From: a virus
Taxonomy: Duplodnaviria > Caudoviricetes
DNA length: 28,243 nt
Strand: one strand, 5' to 3'
IMG/VR virus record: IMGVR_UViG_3300042297_000287
Span: 1-28,243 of that record
Positions 1-7,150 of this stretch are shown piece after piece. Within the stretch, counting starts at the first letter, position 1, and each line of letters begins with the position of its first letter. The notes beneath the pieces were generated by a model. That model was not told where the DNA came from and ran no database searches. It worked only from the letters and a program-made list of their open reading frames with translations. Position numbers and translations under genes: made by a program.

Positions 1-330
1 AAATCCTGCTGTCACGTGGACAAATAAGCCGAGCCTTCCGAGCGAACTTTTGCCCTGGATAATTGGAACGTGCTTCATGGTCTCCGTGTATTCCACCGTG
101 GAAGCAAGGTAAACAATGCCAGGTTGGAGAATCAATCCTTCATCGGGAATAATCATGGGTGCGGATGGGTTTTTCTTGCGCACATCCAATACGCGCTCCG
201 TGTAAAGTACCAAGGTATTTGACAAAGTTAAATCGTAGGAATTAGTACCAAGGTTCTCAGGGTTAAACGGCTCAATAACTATGTTACCTTCGGTGATTTC
301 GTCAATGATGGTTTTGTCGGTTAAAATCAT
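1..330 (-). CDS. dcd: dCTP deaminase (partial, runs off the left edge)
   Basis: Not in the ORF track. Hand translation from ATG at 330: MILTDKTIIDEITEGNIVIEPFNPENLGTNSYDLTL...GKSSLGRLGLFVHVTAGF. Contains the SYDL and xKSSLGRLGL...TAG motifs of the trimeric dCTP deaminase family. Confidence 0.92.
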   Translation of the reverse strand, partial: MILTDKTIIDEITEGNIVIEPFNPENLGTNSYDLTLSNTLVLYTERVLDVRKKNPSAPMIIPDEGLILQPGIVYLASTVEYTETMKHVPIIQGKSSLGRLGLFVHVTAGF

Positions 331-371
331 TTTGTTTCGTTTTTGTTTTTTTTTTAAGTTCTTGTTTAGGT

Positions 372-575
372 TTACCTCCAAATAAAGAAGCTAATTTCAA
401 AAGTTTCTTCGTAATATTTTTCAAACGAAAGACTAGAATCTTCATTTAATGCTTCATTAAAAGTCATTTCATGCTGCTCCTTTTCCATTTTAAGGGCTTG
501 TTCAATATCTGAATTAACTATTCCATTTTCTAAAAGTATTTTTTGCAATACCCATTCAACTGCCGTTTGTTTCAT
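372..575 (-). CDS. Small phage protein of the MKQTAVEW type, function unknown
   Basis: MKQTAVEWV...EQALKMEKEQ...FEKYYEETF pattern typical of small Bacteroidota-phage proteins. AT-rich, and overlaps the stop of the upstream gene. Confidence 0.7.
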   Translation of the reverse strand: MKQTAVEWVLQKILLENGIVNSDIEQALKMEKEQHEMTFNEALNEDSSLSFEKYYEETFEISFFIWR

Positions 576-901
576 TTATCGTATTTTTTACGGTTATCAA
601 ATTCCTTTTTAGTAAAATAATATTCAGTCAACATTTGGGCGTTGCATTGCAAGTGAGCCGCGTGCAATAATCCTGATTCTGGGTCAATGTCCTCACCCAT
701 GCGAATGGCTTCCAAGTGACGCAAGGCAGAGGCGATAACCTCACTCCATGGCATACCCTTTTCCCAATTTCCAGCGGGATATTTATCCAAACCCTTTGTC
801 CAAACTTTGGCACATTCGCGGTTAGCCAACGGGGGGATTAAGTCATACCTGATTTTTTTATCATTAAACCTCAGCCCCCTTGTTTCGTTTTTCTCATTCA
901 T
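572..901 (-). CDS. DUF5664 / dATP-dGTP diphosphohydrolase-domain protein
   Basis: GLRFNDKKIRYDLIP...GLDKY..GNWEKG...ALRHL...GEDIDPESGLLHAAHLQCNAQML matches the family signature. Confidence 0.88.
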   Translation of the reverse strand: MNEKNETRGLRFNDKKIRYDLIPPLANRECAKVWTKGLDKYPAGNWEKGMPWSEVIASALRHLEAIRMGEDIDPESGLLHAAHLQCNAQMLTEYYFTKKEFDNRKKYDK

Positions 902-1493
902 TTAAAAATCTTTTGTAGTACTCGCTTATTTCCTTACAAGTTTGCTCAATCAAAACAATGGCTTTGAGTAAGTCATCCATTTCAAAGGTATGATTTAATT
1001 CATAACTTTCGCCCGTAAAAGATAAGCCGTTTTTCGTTCTTTTTGTTCCCAGCCAGTTGATTTGGCTTTCGGGAATCGTATCACCATTTACAAACATTGC
1101 CAGCGCGTAAACTTTCATTTGAAGGCTATTGTGCAACGTGTGCATTGTCCACGGTCTCCCTGAGGTTTTAAAATCGATAACGCGGTTATTTTCCCTGTCC
1201 CATGCATCAATATAACCAACGACTTGAATGTCATTTATACTTAGGCTTATCGGTTTCTCAGCCTCAAGTCCTTTGAAGTCTTGTATTTTGTCAATGTAAA
1301 AATCTGGAAAGGTTTCCATGATTATTCCGTTTTTTATAAACGCCTCCGTGTCCTCGGCAAAGCGTTTGCCAAAATCCATGTAAATGGATGGTTCTTCGGG
1401 AAGGTTTAAAAAGTAACGGTCGATATACTTTTGGCGGTCACTGTACCAAAGGTTTATCTGGCTGACTGATATATATTTTTTTGGAAGTAGCAT
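894..1493 (-). CDS. PD-(D/E)XK exonuclease (RecB/Cas4-like)
   Basis: N-terminal ISVSQI, then E...GYID...VIDFKT and LQMKVYAL motifs. Confidence 0.85.
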   Translation of the reverse strand: MLLPKKYISVSQINLWYSDRQKYIDRYFLNLPEEPSIYMDFGKRFAEDTEAFIKNGIIMETFPDFYIDKIQDFKGLEAEKPISLSINDIQVVGYIDAWDRENNRVIDFKTSGRPWTMHTLHNSLQMKVYALAMFVNGDTIPESQINWLGTKRTKNGLSFTGESYELNHTFEMDDLLKAIVLIEQTCKEISEYYKRFLNE

Positions 1494-1495
1494 GG

Positions 1496-1705
1496 TTATA
1501 TATTTTCATTAGGTTTAAAAAATACTTCAGCACCATTTATCCAACCGTCTTTATAGGCGTTCATAATTTCCTCGGCATACATTTTCTTTGCCTCATTCAA
1601 AGCATCGACAATGGCTTGGTATTCGCTTTCGTAAAACTCGGAGGCATCTAATACCTTGTCATAAAAGTATTCCAGCGACGTTTCTTTTTCTTCTTGCTCT
1701 GTCAT
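1496..1705 (-). CDS. Small hypothetical protein, likely related to 372..575
   Basis: Start reassigned to ATG 1705 (MTEQEEKETSLEYF...), preceded by A-rich CAAAACAAAAGAAAC. ALNEAKKMYAEEIMNAY resembles EQALKMEKEQHEMTF. Confidence 0.65.
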   Translation of the reverse strand: MTEQEEKETSLEYFYDKVLDASEFYESEYQAIVDALNEAKKMYAEEIMNAYKDGWINGAEVFFKPNENI

Positions 1706-1729
1706 GTTTCTTTTGTTTTGCGGCGCGGT

Positions 1730-1757
1730 AAAACCCCAGCCATGTTTCAGGCTGGGG
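1730..1757 (-). terminator. Rho-independent terminator
   Basis: Minus strand CCCCAGCC-TGAAACAT-GGCTGGGG-TTTT, an 8-bp GC stem just after the stop at 1777. Confidence 0.6.
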
Positions 1758-1776
1758 AAAAAACGTACCAAATTGA

Positions 1777-2235
1777 TTAAAAATATTTTCCGATTTGAAT
1801 AAAGATCGTGGCGGCGGCAGGTTGCGCCTGGGCAGGCTCAAGTCCTGAGGCTTGCAACTGGTGAAATATGTCAGCGTAAACCGAGGTCATAAGCGTGGCC
1901 TTCTCTGTTATTTCTTCATGTGTCATTTTACCGTTGTTTTTAAGCGGTACATTTGCCGCCTGCTGCACGTTTGCGCCTTCGGTGGGTGTTTGTACCTTTT
2001 CAGGTATTTCGTTCGCTGTGACCATGTCAAATGCGACCTTGTAACTTTTGCCGTCGTGGATAACGGTCACGGCGTCATCTTTTTTCAATGCCATTAACTT
2101 TGTATCGTCTGCTTTCCCGTAAACGCGCGCCTCCGTGCCGTTGTCCAATGTGATCACGGCGTTAATGGATGGTCCGTATTGACCTTCAAACACTTTGCCC
2201 GCCGTGTATTTAACCTTGCCTTTTAGAATATTCAT
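1777..2235 (-). CDS. Hypothetical protein, possibly ssDNA-binding (beta-rich N-terminal domain)
   Basis: Likely start ATG 2235 (MNILKGKVKY...). Beta-rich N-terminus, linker and helical C-terminus. Close to the exonuclease gene. Function is an inference. Confidence 0.55.
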   Translation of the reverse strand: MNILKGKVKYTAGKVFEGQYGPSINAVITLDNGTEARVYGKADDTKLMALKKDDAVTVIHDGKSYKVAFDMVTANEIPEKVQTPTEGANVQQAANVPLKNNGKMTHEEITEKATLMTSVYADIFHQLQASGLEPAQAQPAAATIFIQIGKYF

Positions 2236-2470
2236 TTCCTGCTTGAATTTGAAAATTTTGAGAATCGTACCACATTTGTTTCTTGTGGTCACTTATTGCC
2301 TTCCAGTCTATTTCCTGATCGTAATTAACTTTGTATCCTGCAAAAAAGTATTTTTCAAGTTCCCTCGCTCCTTTATCTCTCCACCATTTTTTTAATCTAA
2401 ATGGTTCAAGAACATAGTCAGGGCAAACACTTAATGACACTTTTAATGCAAATTCTTGTATTGTAATCAT
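2210..2470 (-). CDS. Hypothetical protein
   Basis: ORF packed in the operon with an ATGA overlap to the upstream gene. Confidence 0.6.
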   Translation of the reverse strand: MITIQEFALKVSLSVCPDYVLEPFRLKKWWRDKGARELEKYFFAGYKVNYDQEIDWKAISDHKKQMWYDSQNFQIQAGNEYSKRQG

Positions 2471-2808
2471 TTTGTTGGTATTTTTTCCATTTCCTTAATA
2501 GCATTTCCGCAATATTCAATAATGCTAATATTCAAATTAAACATTCTTGAATTTTTGTTATTTGCCGCGTGTTTTTCAAATTTGTGCATCATTTCCAGAA
2601 CTTCATCTTTGTAAAATTGTATCGGTGTTACTTTGTAAGAATCAACTAATTTAAATGTATATCTCAGCGAATACATATACATATCTAAAGACATAAGCCA
2701 ATCGTTCTGGCTATCAAGGCTTAACTTGTTGATTTCTTGCCTAAGTTTAATAACGGTTTCTTCGTAATAATTTAGAAGATTGTTTGCTTGCTCTAATGAA
2801 TTGTTCAT
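2467..2808 (-). CDS. Hypothetical protein
   Basis: 113-aa ORF with A-rich leader AAAAACAAACCAAAG-ATG. Confidence 0.7.
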   Translation of the reverse strand: MNNSLEQANNLLNYYEETVIKLRQEINKLSLDSQNDWLMSLDMYMYSLRYTFKLVDSYKVTPIQFYKDEVLEMMHKFEKHAANNKNSRMFNLNISIIEYCGNAIKEMEKIPTK

Positions 2809-2821
2809 CTTTGGTTTGTTT

Positions 2822-3085
2822 TTAAAGTGATTGATTTGTTAAAATTGTCCAGTCTATTTCATTCTCAGCAACAAGAGGCATGAGATTGTAACGGGTGATT
2901 TGTGGATATAACTCCATGTCAATGTCCTCTGGCTCAAATGTCCAGCCGTGGATCTCCATGTTATCCTCAGGGGAATGCGGCGACGTTTGCCCGTACAAGC
3001 CGAAGCCGTGGGAGAAAGTCACGTGTACAAAGTGACCCAGTTTTTTATCAAGGGTACATTTGCAGGTGTATTTTGTAATATTCAT
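2822..3085 (-). CDS. Hypothetical protein
   Basis: 87-aa ORF with leader AAAACTTACCAA-ATG. Confidence 0.7.
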   Translation of the reverse strand: MNITKYTCKCTLDKKLGHFVHVTFSHGFGLYGQTSPHSPEDNMEIHGWTFEPEDIDMELYPQITRYNLMPLVAENEIDWTILTNQSL

Positions 3086-3096
3086 TTGGTAAGTTT

Positions 3097-3372
3097 TTAA
3101 AGTCTTCTAAATTTTTTGTTTGTCAAATCTATTTTACCCAGCGCCTTGCTAAAGCCAAATGGAGTTTTGTAAATTTTCTTATTTAACCTTATCGTTGTTT
3201 TATACTCATTGTATATGCGGTTTAAAACAACGTCAATGTTTTCTATATCAACAATCGCCATATTATCATGATGCCAACCGTTTGTTTCGGTGTACCCATA
3301 ATAAAAGTCAACCAAGAAAACGCCTGATAATGCTTTGCGAAATTGAAACATGTCCTTAAATTCTTTTTTCAT
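3097..3372 (-). CDS. Hypothetical protein
   Basis: Start reassigned to ATG 3372 (MKKEFKDMF...) because it has nearly the same leader (AAAACTTACCAAA) as the next gene. Confidence 0.7.
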   Translation of the reverse strand: MKKEFKDMFQFRKALSGVFLVDFYYGYTETNGWHHDNMAIVDIENIDVVLNRIYNEYKTTIRLNKKIYKTPFGFSKALGKIDLTNKKFRRL

Positions 3373-3394
3373 TTTGGTAAGTTTTAAAAGGTGG

Positions 3395-3510
3395 AAAAAA
3401 AAATTGCCGTCTCTCCGAGCTGTCACTAATTTTTACGTCACGTTTCTGTTTTTAGCCTGTAACCAGGTATCTGCAAGTGTTTTCGACTTTCACGAAAGGC
3501 ATTAGTTCAC
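3395..3510 (-). ncRNA. Putative structured intergenic RNA ending in a terminator-like hairpin
   Basis: ACTAAT/ATTAGT outer stem enclosing TTTCG/CGAAA and CCTG/CAGG hairpins, then GACA-GCTCG-GAGAGA-CGGC-AA-T9. Confidence 0.4.
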
Positions 3511-3520
3511 CTATATTATT

Positions 3521-3739
3521 TTAATAACCTCTATTTAAAAGTTGGGTAATTCTTTTAGCAAAACCTCTTTCAGTATAAAATCTTACTACATCTTTTTTTA
3601 TTGAGAAAGTATATTTTCCTTCATAGTAAGTTATCATATTTATTCCATCCCTTGAAATTGCATACCAACCAGCAGTATCATTAGCCGCCCAAAATACATT
3701 TTTTTCGTTTCTTTCTAAATTAATTTCTAAAGTTGTCAT
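3521..3739 (-). CDS. Hypothetical protein
   Basis: 72-aa ORF with leader AACAAAAACAAACGATT-ATG. Confidence 0.7.
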   Translation of the reverse strand: MTTLEINLERNEKNVFWAANDTAGWYAISRDGINMITYYEGKYTFSIKKDVVRFYTERGFAKRITQLLNRGY

Positions 3740-3837
3740 AATCGTTTGTTTTTGTTGTGTGAAATATCGTTATGTTGTTTCAATACGTAAATTTAAATAT
3801 AATTATTTGAATAAAAAAATATTTACAAAAATAAATT

Positions 3838-3870
3838 AAAAAAAAGTGAGGCATAATTTCTATGCCCCAC
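3838..3870 (-). terminator. Rho-independent terminator of the replication operon
   Basis: Minus strand GTGGGGCATA-GAAAT-TATGCCTCAC-TTTTTTTT, 25 nt after the stop at 3895. Confidence 0.8.
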
Positions 3871-3894
3871 CAAAACAAAACCAAATTATGAAAC

Positions 3895-4629
3895 TTATCT
3901 TAGCAAAACCTTGCGCCATACGGCTAACTTGTAAGCAAGTGCGCGGGCTCTGGGCATATTTCCTTCTTCTATTTTCCTCATGTGGTTCTTGCGATCAATC
4001 ATATTATCTGAATCGGGCTTTTCCTGCTTTGCCATTTCCTGCGCTTCAAGCCACAAGGCTTCCTTTTCCCCTTCCTTCCATTCATTGATATAACCACGCT
4101 TAACACATTCGTCGTACCAAAATACGGGTATTTCATCGAGCGGCTTTTGAAAGTTTTTCAACTTATTATCAAAATCCTTGTCATATTCCTCAGCCACTTT
4201 CCCCAGGCGTTTAATGCGATCTTCTTCTTCTTTCTTTGCCTGCAAATCGGAATCCATGGCAAAGTAAATCTTTTGCCTCCATGTTATATAAGCGGTTAAT
4301 ATTCGCCCAATGGCATGAAGGTCAACTTTGCCGTATAATTTATGATCATTAATATCAAGCTCCTGCTTTGCAAACTTTTCAAAGGCGAGTTTAATCTCAT
4401 CAACGGCAAGTAATTTGTAATTTGAAATAAAGTCCGTTACCTCCATTAAATGCTCAGGCTTTGGCTCAATGCCATACACGGGGAGCAAGTGGCTCAGGGC
4501 TTGCGCAATCTTTGGTATCGCTTCCTTTGTACCCGTTTTAAAAATCCTGAGTTCGCGGTTCTGAATTACAAGTTGCACGTCTTGTATTTTCTCTTCCACG
4601 CGGTTTGCAATCATTGGTAAATTGTTCAT
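3895..4629 (-). CDS. Replication-associated protein (helicase-loader position, like lambda P)
   Basis: Directly downstream of the initiator. Helical 244-aa ORF with no ATPase motif seen. Function inferred from synteny only. Confidence 0.5.
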   Translation of the reverse strand: MNNLPMIANRVEEKIQDVQLVIQNRELRIFKTGTKEAIPKIAQALSHLLPVYGIEPKPEHLMEVTDFISNYKLLAVDEIKLAFEKFAKQELDINDHKLYGKVDLHAIGRILTAYITWRQKIYFAMDSDLQAKKEEEDRIKRLGKVAEEYDKDFDNKLKNFQKPLDEIPVFWYDECVKRGYINEWKEGEKEALWLEAQEMAKQEKPDSDNMIDRKNHMRKIEEGNMPRARALAYKLAVWRKVLLR

Positions 4630-4644
4630 AATTGGTTGTTTTTA

Positions 4645-5661
4645 TTAATCTTGAAACTTTGCCATGCGTTCGGCAAGCAATTCCTGAATCCTGTCATTAT
4701 ACGCCTTGTCCTTTGCGGCTGGGCTTGTCGTTTGGTAAGCGGTAAAAATCTTTGAGGCTTGTCCATAAAGGTTGCCCACCGTGAAATTTGCCCTCAGCCA
4801 TTTGTCATTCAAGTTCCATGCCGCCTGGATAAAAACCTTCAATGCCTCAAGGCTATTGCCATGCCTGTCGATTTTATCAATGTATTTCAGAAGATTTGCC
4901 ATTTGTCCCGCGTCTTTGGGCATCATGATATAATGTCCATTTTGGTCAGTTGGATACGCGGCACCGGATAACGATTCAAACGTTTGGCAAAACACGGAGA
5001 AGGCGGCGTAAGTGGGGGAGGGCTGGCGCTCGGCTTTCGGCTCGGCGGCTTTTTCTCTTTTCGTCGCAAAACTTTTCTCTTTTTCTAATTGTGTAATTAA
5101 AGTAAATGGATTAACCTTTTTACTTTGGTTAATTTCATTTTCAGTAATTTCAATTTTTTCAAAATGCGAAAATTCCGAAGGATTTTCAATAATATCTGAG
5201 TTAGTAAATGTATTTAGTACTTGGTTAGCAACTGGTATAGGTTCGCCTTTTCGTGAAAATCGATTTGCCCTTTTGGAAATATCCATTTGCCCATTTGGTA
5301 AAATGGTATTTCCCTTTTGGTCAAATCCATTATCTGGTAAATGAAAGTTATCTGAAAGGTATAAATCTTCGTTAACAAAGGCATACCAAATCGTTCTGTC
5401 GTAACCAATTTTATTATAATTACCTTTTATTAAAATACCTTTATCGACAAGGCTTTCAATAATCCTTCGCACTTGCTTTTCGCTCCAAAAGGTAAAATAC
5501 AAACCAAGTGACTTATTTGTATTATACGTCCAATACTTACCATCATTAAAATTATTTCCATTAGCCTTATTTAACCTTATCCAAAATTGGAAGGATTTTA
5601 TCATAATGGCTTCGTCAATACCGTAACGATTAGCAAATTCAACGTTAAATGAAAACTCCAT
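4645..5661 (-). CDS. Phage replication initiator / replisome organiser
   Basis: N-terminal FNVEFANRYGIDEAI...WI..NKAN...DGKYWTYNT...FWSEKQVRRII..L...GNYNK..YDRT.WY winged-helix signature, followed by an iteron-encoded linker. Confidence 0.85.
   Translation of the reverse strand: MEFSFNVEFANRYGIDEAIMIKSFQFWIRLNKANGNNFNDGKYWTYNTNKSLGLYFTFWSEKQVRRIIESLVDKGILIKGNYNKIGYDRTIWYAFVNEDLYLSDNFHLPDNGFDQKGNTILPNGQMDISKRANRFSRKGEPIPVANQVLNTFTNSDIIENPSEFSHFEKIEITENEINQSKKVNPFTLITQLEKEKSFATKREKAAEPKAERQPSPTYAAFSVFCQTFESLSGAAYPTDQNGHYIMMPKDAGQMANLLKYIDKIDRHGNSLEALKVFIQAAWNLNDKWLRANFTVGNLYGQASKIFTAYQTTSPAAKDKAYNDRIQELLAERMAKFQD
5241..5330. repeat. Iterons of the replication origin inside the initiator gene
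   Basis: Four imperfect 22-bp repeats: GTTCGCCTTTTCGTGAAAATCG, ATTTGCCCTTTTGGAAATATCC, ATTTGCCCATTTGGTAAAATGG, TATTTCCCTTTTGGTCAAATCC. CCC cores at 5268, 5290 and 5312. An AT-rich tract lies next to them (about 5075-5220). Confidence 0.75.
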
Positions 5662-5767
5662 AAGTTATAATAAAAAATGCCCAACGAGTAGGAGTTCATT
5701 GGGCAATGTGAACAATGCGGATATTGTCCCGAAGTTCTTTTGAATCGCTCCTACCTGATTCAAAAGA
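5662..5767 (-). ncRNA. Three-hairpin kissing-loop leader/attenuator, copy 1
   Basis: P1 TCTTTTGAATC/GATTCAAAAGA with loop AGGTAGGAGC. P2 GGACAAT/ATTGTTC. P3 TGCCCAATGA/TCGTTGGGCA with loop ACTCCTAC, then T6. GTAGGAG is complementary to CTCCTAC. Confidence 0.8.
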
Positions 5768-5769
5768 TT

Positions 5770-6264
5770 TTACAAATTTAACAAATTTTCTTTAGGTATT
5801 ACATTTAATTTTGCAAATTCGCCATGATATTTTTGAGCAGCCTGATTATAAGCACTGGCGGCGTCTTTCAGTTCAATGTAATAACCAATATGAATTTTTT
5901 TATTTTCGCATGATATTTGAGCAACCCATTTTTTATTTTTAATACACCAAGACACCCCATTAAAACCAGATTTATTAAATTTACTCATTTTCCTATTTTG
6001 ACTATTTTGCGCCTTAGTACAAATTCTTAAATTAATCTTTCTATTGTCTAATTTATTCCCATTAATGTGGTCGACAAACTCACCTTCTTTGGCTTTAATT
6101 ACCACTCTATGTAACTGAATTAATTTGTTTTCAGGTTTACTGGTTCTTATCGCATAGTAATTAGTATGAGATTTTAATAAATACCATTTCCATTGATTTA
6201 AATACTCAAAATCATCATCATCTACTATGGTAATTACACCCTGATTAAGTTGTATTTCTTTCAT
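5770..6264 (-). CDS. HNH homing endonuclease with C-terminal AP2 domain
   Basis: LHRVV...VDHINGNKLDNRKINLR...QN (HNH) plus SGFNGVSW...KWVAQI...HIGYY...AASAYNQAA..YHGEFA (AP2). Confidence 0.92.
   Translation of the reverse strand: MKEIQLNQGVITIVDDDDFEYLNQWKWYLLKSHTNYYAIRTSKPENKLIQLHRVVIKAKEGEFVDHINGNKLDNRKINLRICTKAQNSQNRKMSKFNKSGFNGVSWCIKNKKWVAQISCENKKIHIGYYIELKDAASAYNQAAQKYHGEFAKLNVIPKENLLNL
5773..5780 (-). promoter_or_regulatory. Bacteroidota sigma-70 -7 box (TAAATTTG)
   Basis: Matches TAnnTTTG, 5 nt upstream of P1 of leader copy 1, within the last codons of the HNH gene. No well-spaced -33 box seen. Confidence 0.65.
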
Positions 6265-6267
6265 GAG

Positions 6268-7011
6268 TTAAAAATTTAAAACAAGCATTTCGCTTGTTAT
6301 TCTATCTTTAGCAATTTTAAAATATTTTTCATCTATCTCAATGCCTATAAATTTTCTGTTATGTCTTACACATGATAAACCCGTTGTTCCGCTCCCCATA
6401 AATGGGTCAATTATAATATAATCCTCAGGAATAATTCCTATTATATTGTCCATAACCTTCAGGGGCATCTGACATGGGTGTTCAGTTTTTTCAGCACTTA
6501 CATTTTTGACTTGATTAATTTCCCACCAATCATATAATTTAGCTGATTTACCTTCTTGAATGCGCTTAGCAATTCTTTTGTCTGTTGGATTCTTATAATC
6601 TTGAGCTACTTTTTTGAAATCTGGCTTAAAACCAAAAAAAGCTATATCCCTATGTTGTTTTCCTGTATTGCTATTGTAAACCCAGCTTACAACTTTATCA
6701 GGAAACATACCAATATTGTAACTATGTTTATATAAGTTTTCTGGATAGTGAATAATAACTTGCTTGTTTGAGCCAAAAATATTGGAAAGCCAGTTATAAT
6801 AATCATCTTCTTTCATTTTGTCAGAATAATTATTGTAATGATAACCAATATTAAATGGGGGGTCAGAAACAAATATTACCTTATTAAAATCAATGTCTAA
6901 TTTAGGTAATATAATATTATTATCTCCACGATATATTTCTATTTCATGTTCCCTATTTAACCCATGGGATAAACAAAATTTAGAATAAGCAACTTCTTTT
7001 AATATTTTCAT
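6268..7011 (-). CDS. DNA methyltransferase, N6-A/N4-C type, beta-class motif order
   Basis: Motif IV SDPPF, then HPCQMP, then motif I DPFMGSGTT and FIGIEID. Confidence 0.9.
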   Translation of the reverse strand: MKILKEVAYSKFCLSHGLNREHEIEIYRGDNNIILPKLDIDFNKVIFVSDPPFNIGYHYNNYSDKMKEDDYYNWLSNIFGSNKQVIIHYPENLYKHSYNIGMFPDKVVSWVYNSNTGKQHRDIAFFGFKPDFKKVAQDYKNPTDKRIAKRIQEGKSAKLYDWWEINQVKNVSAEKTEHPCQMPLKVMDNIIGIIPEDYIIIDPFMGSGTTGLSCVRHNRKFIGIEIDEKYFKIAKDRITSEMLVLNF

Positions 7012-7119
7012 AAGTTATAAAATAAAAATTGCCCAAAAGGCACTACTCTTCTGGGCAAAAGTGAAACAATTTTAGTTGTTCCAAATACCTTTTGCTGGGT
7101 AGTGCGTCCTGCAAAAAGT
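7012..7119 (-). ncRNA. Three-hairpin kissing-loop leader/attenuator, copy 2
   Basis: P1 ACTTTTTGCAGG/CCAGCAAAAGGT (one A-A mismatch) with loop ACGCACTAC. P2 GGAACAA/TTGTTTC. P3 TTGCCCAGAAG/CTTTTGGGCAA with loop AGTAGTGC, then a T-tract. GCACTAC is complementary to GTAGTGC. Confidence 0.8.
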
Positions 7120-7124
7120 TTAAG

Positions 7125-7132
7125 CAAATATA
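7125..7132 (-). promoter_or_regulatory. Bacteroidota sigma-70 -7 box (TATATTTG)
   Basis: Matches TAnnTTTG, 5 nt upstream of P1 of leader copy 2, the same spacing as copy 1. Confidence 0.65.
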
Positions 7133-7150
7133 CAAAATTTCCCTTAGATA

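Noticed and set aside
331-356. Long T-rich run as a phase-variable tract
   Set aside because: It is intergenic and reads as an A-rich translation leader for dcd on the minus strand. Nothing indicates switching.
3373-3426. N-terminal extension of the track ORF 3097..3426
   Set aside because: It runs through the hairpin and T9 tract. ATG 3372 has the shared leader.
3780-3835. Promoter for the distal leftward genes
   Set aside because: The region is AT-rich and plausible, but has only an imperfect TAAATTTA box with no properly spaced -33 element, so I did not call it.
5241-5330. CRISPR-like array
   Set aside because: The repeats are contiguous and degenerate, with no spacers, and lie inside a CDS. 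Iterons explain them. The Cas4-like nuclease has no cas neighbours.
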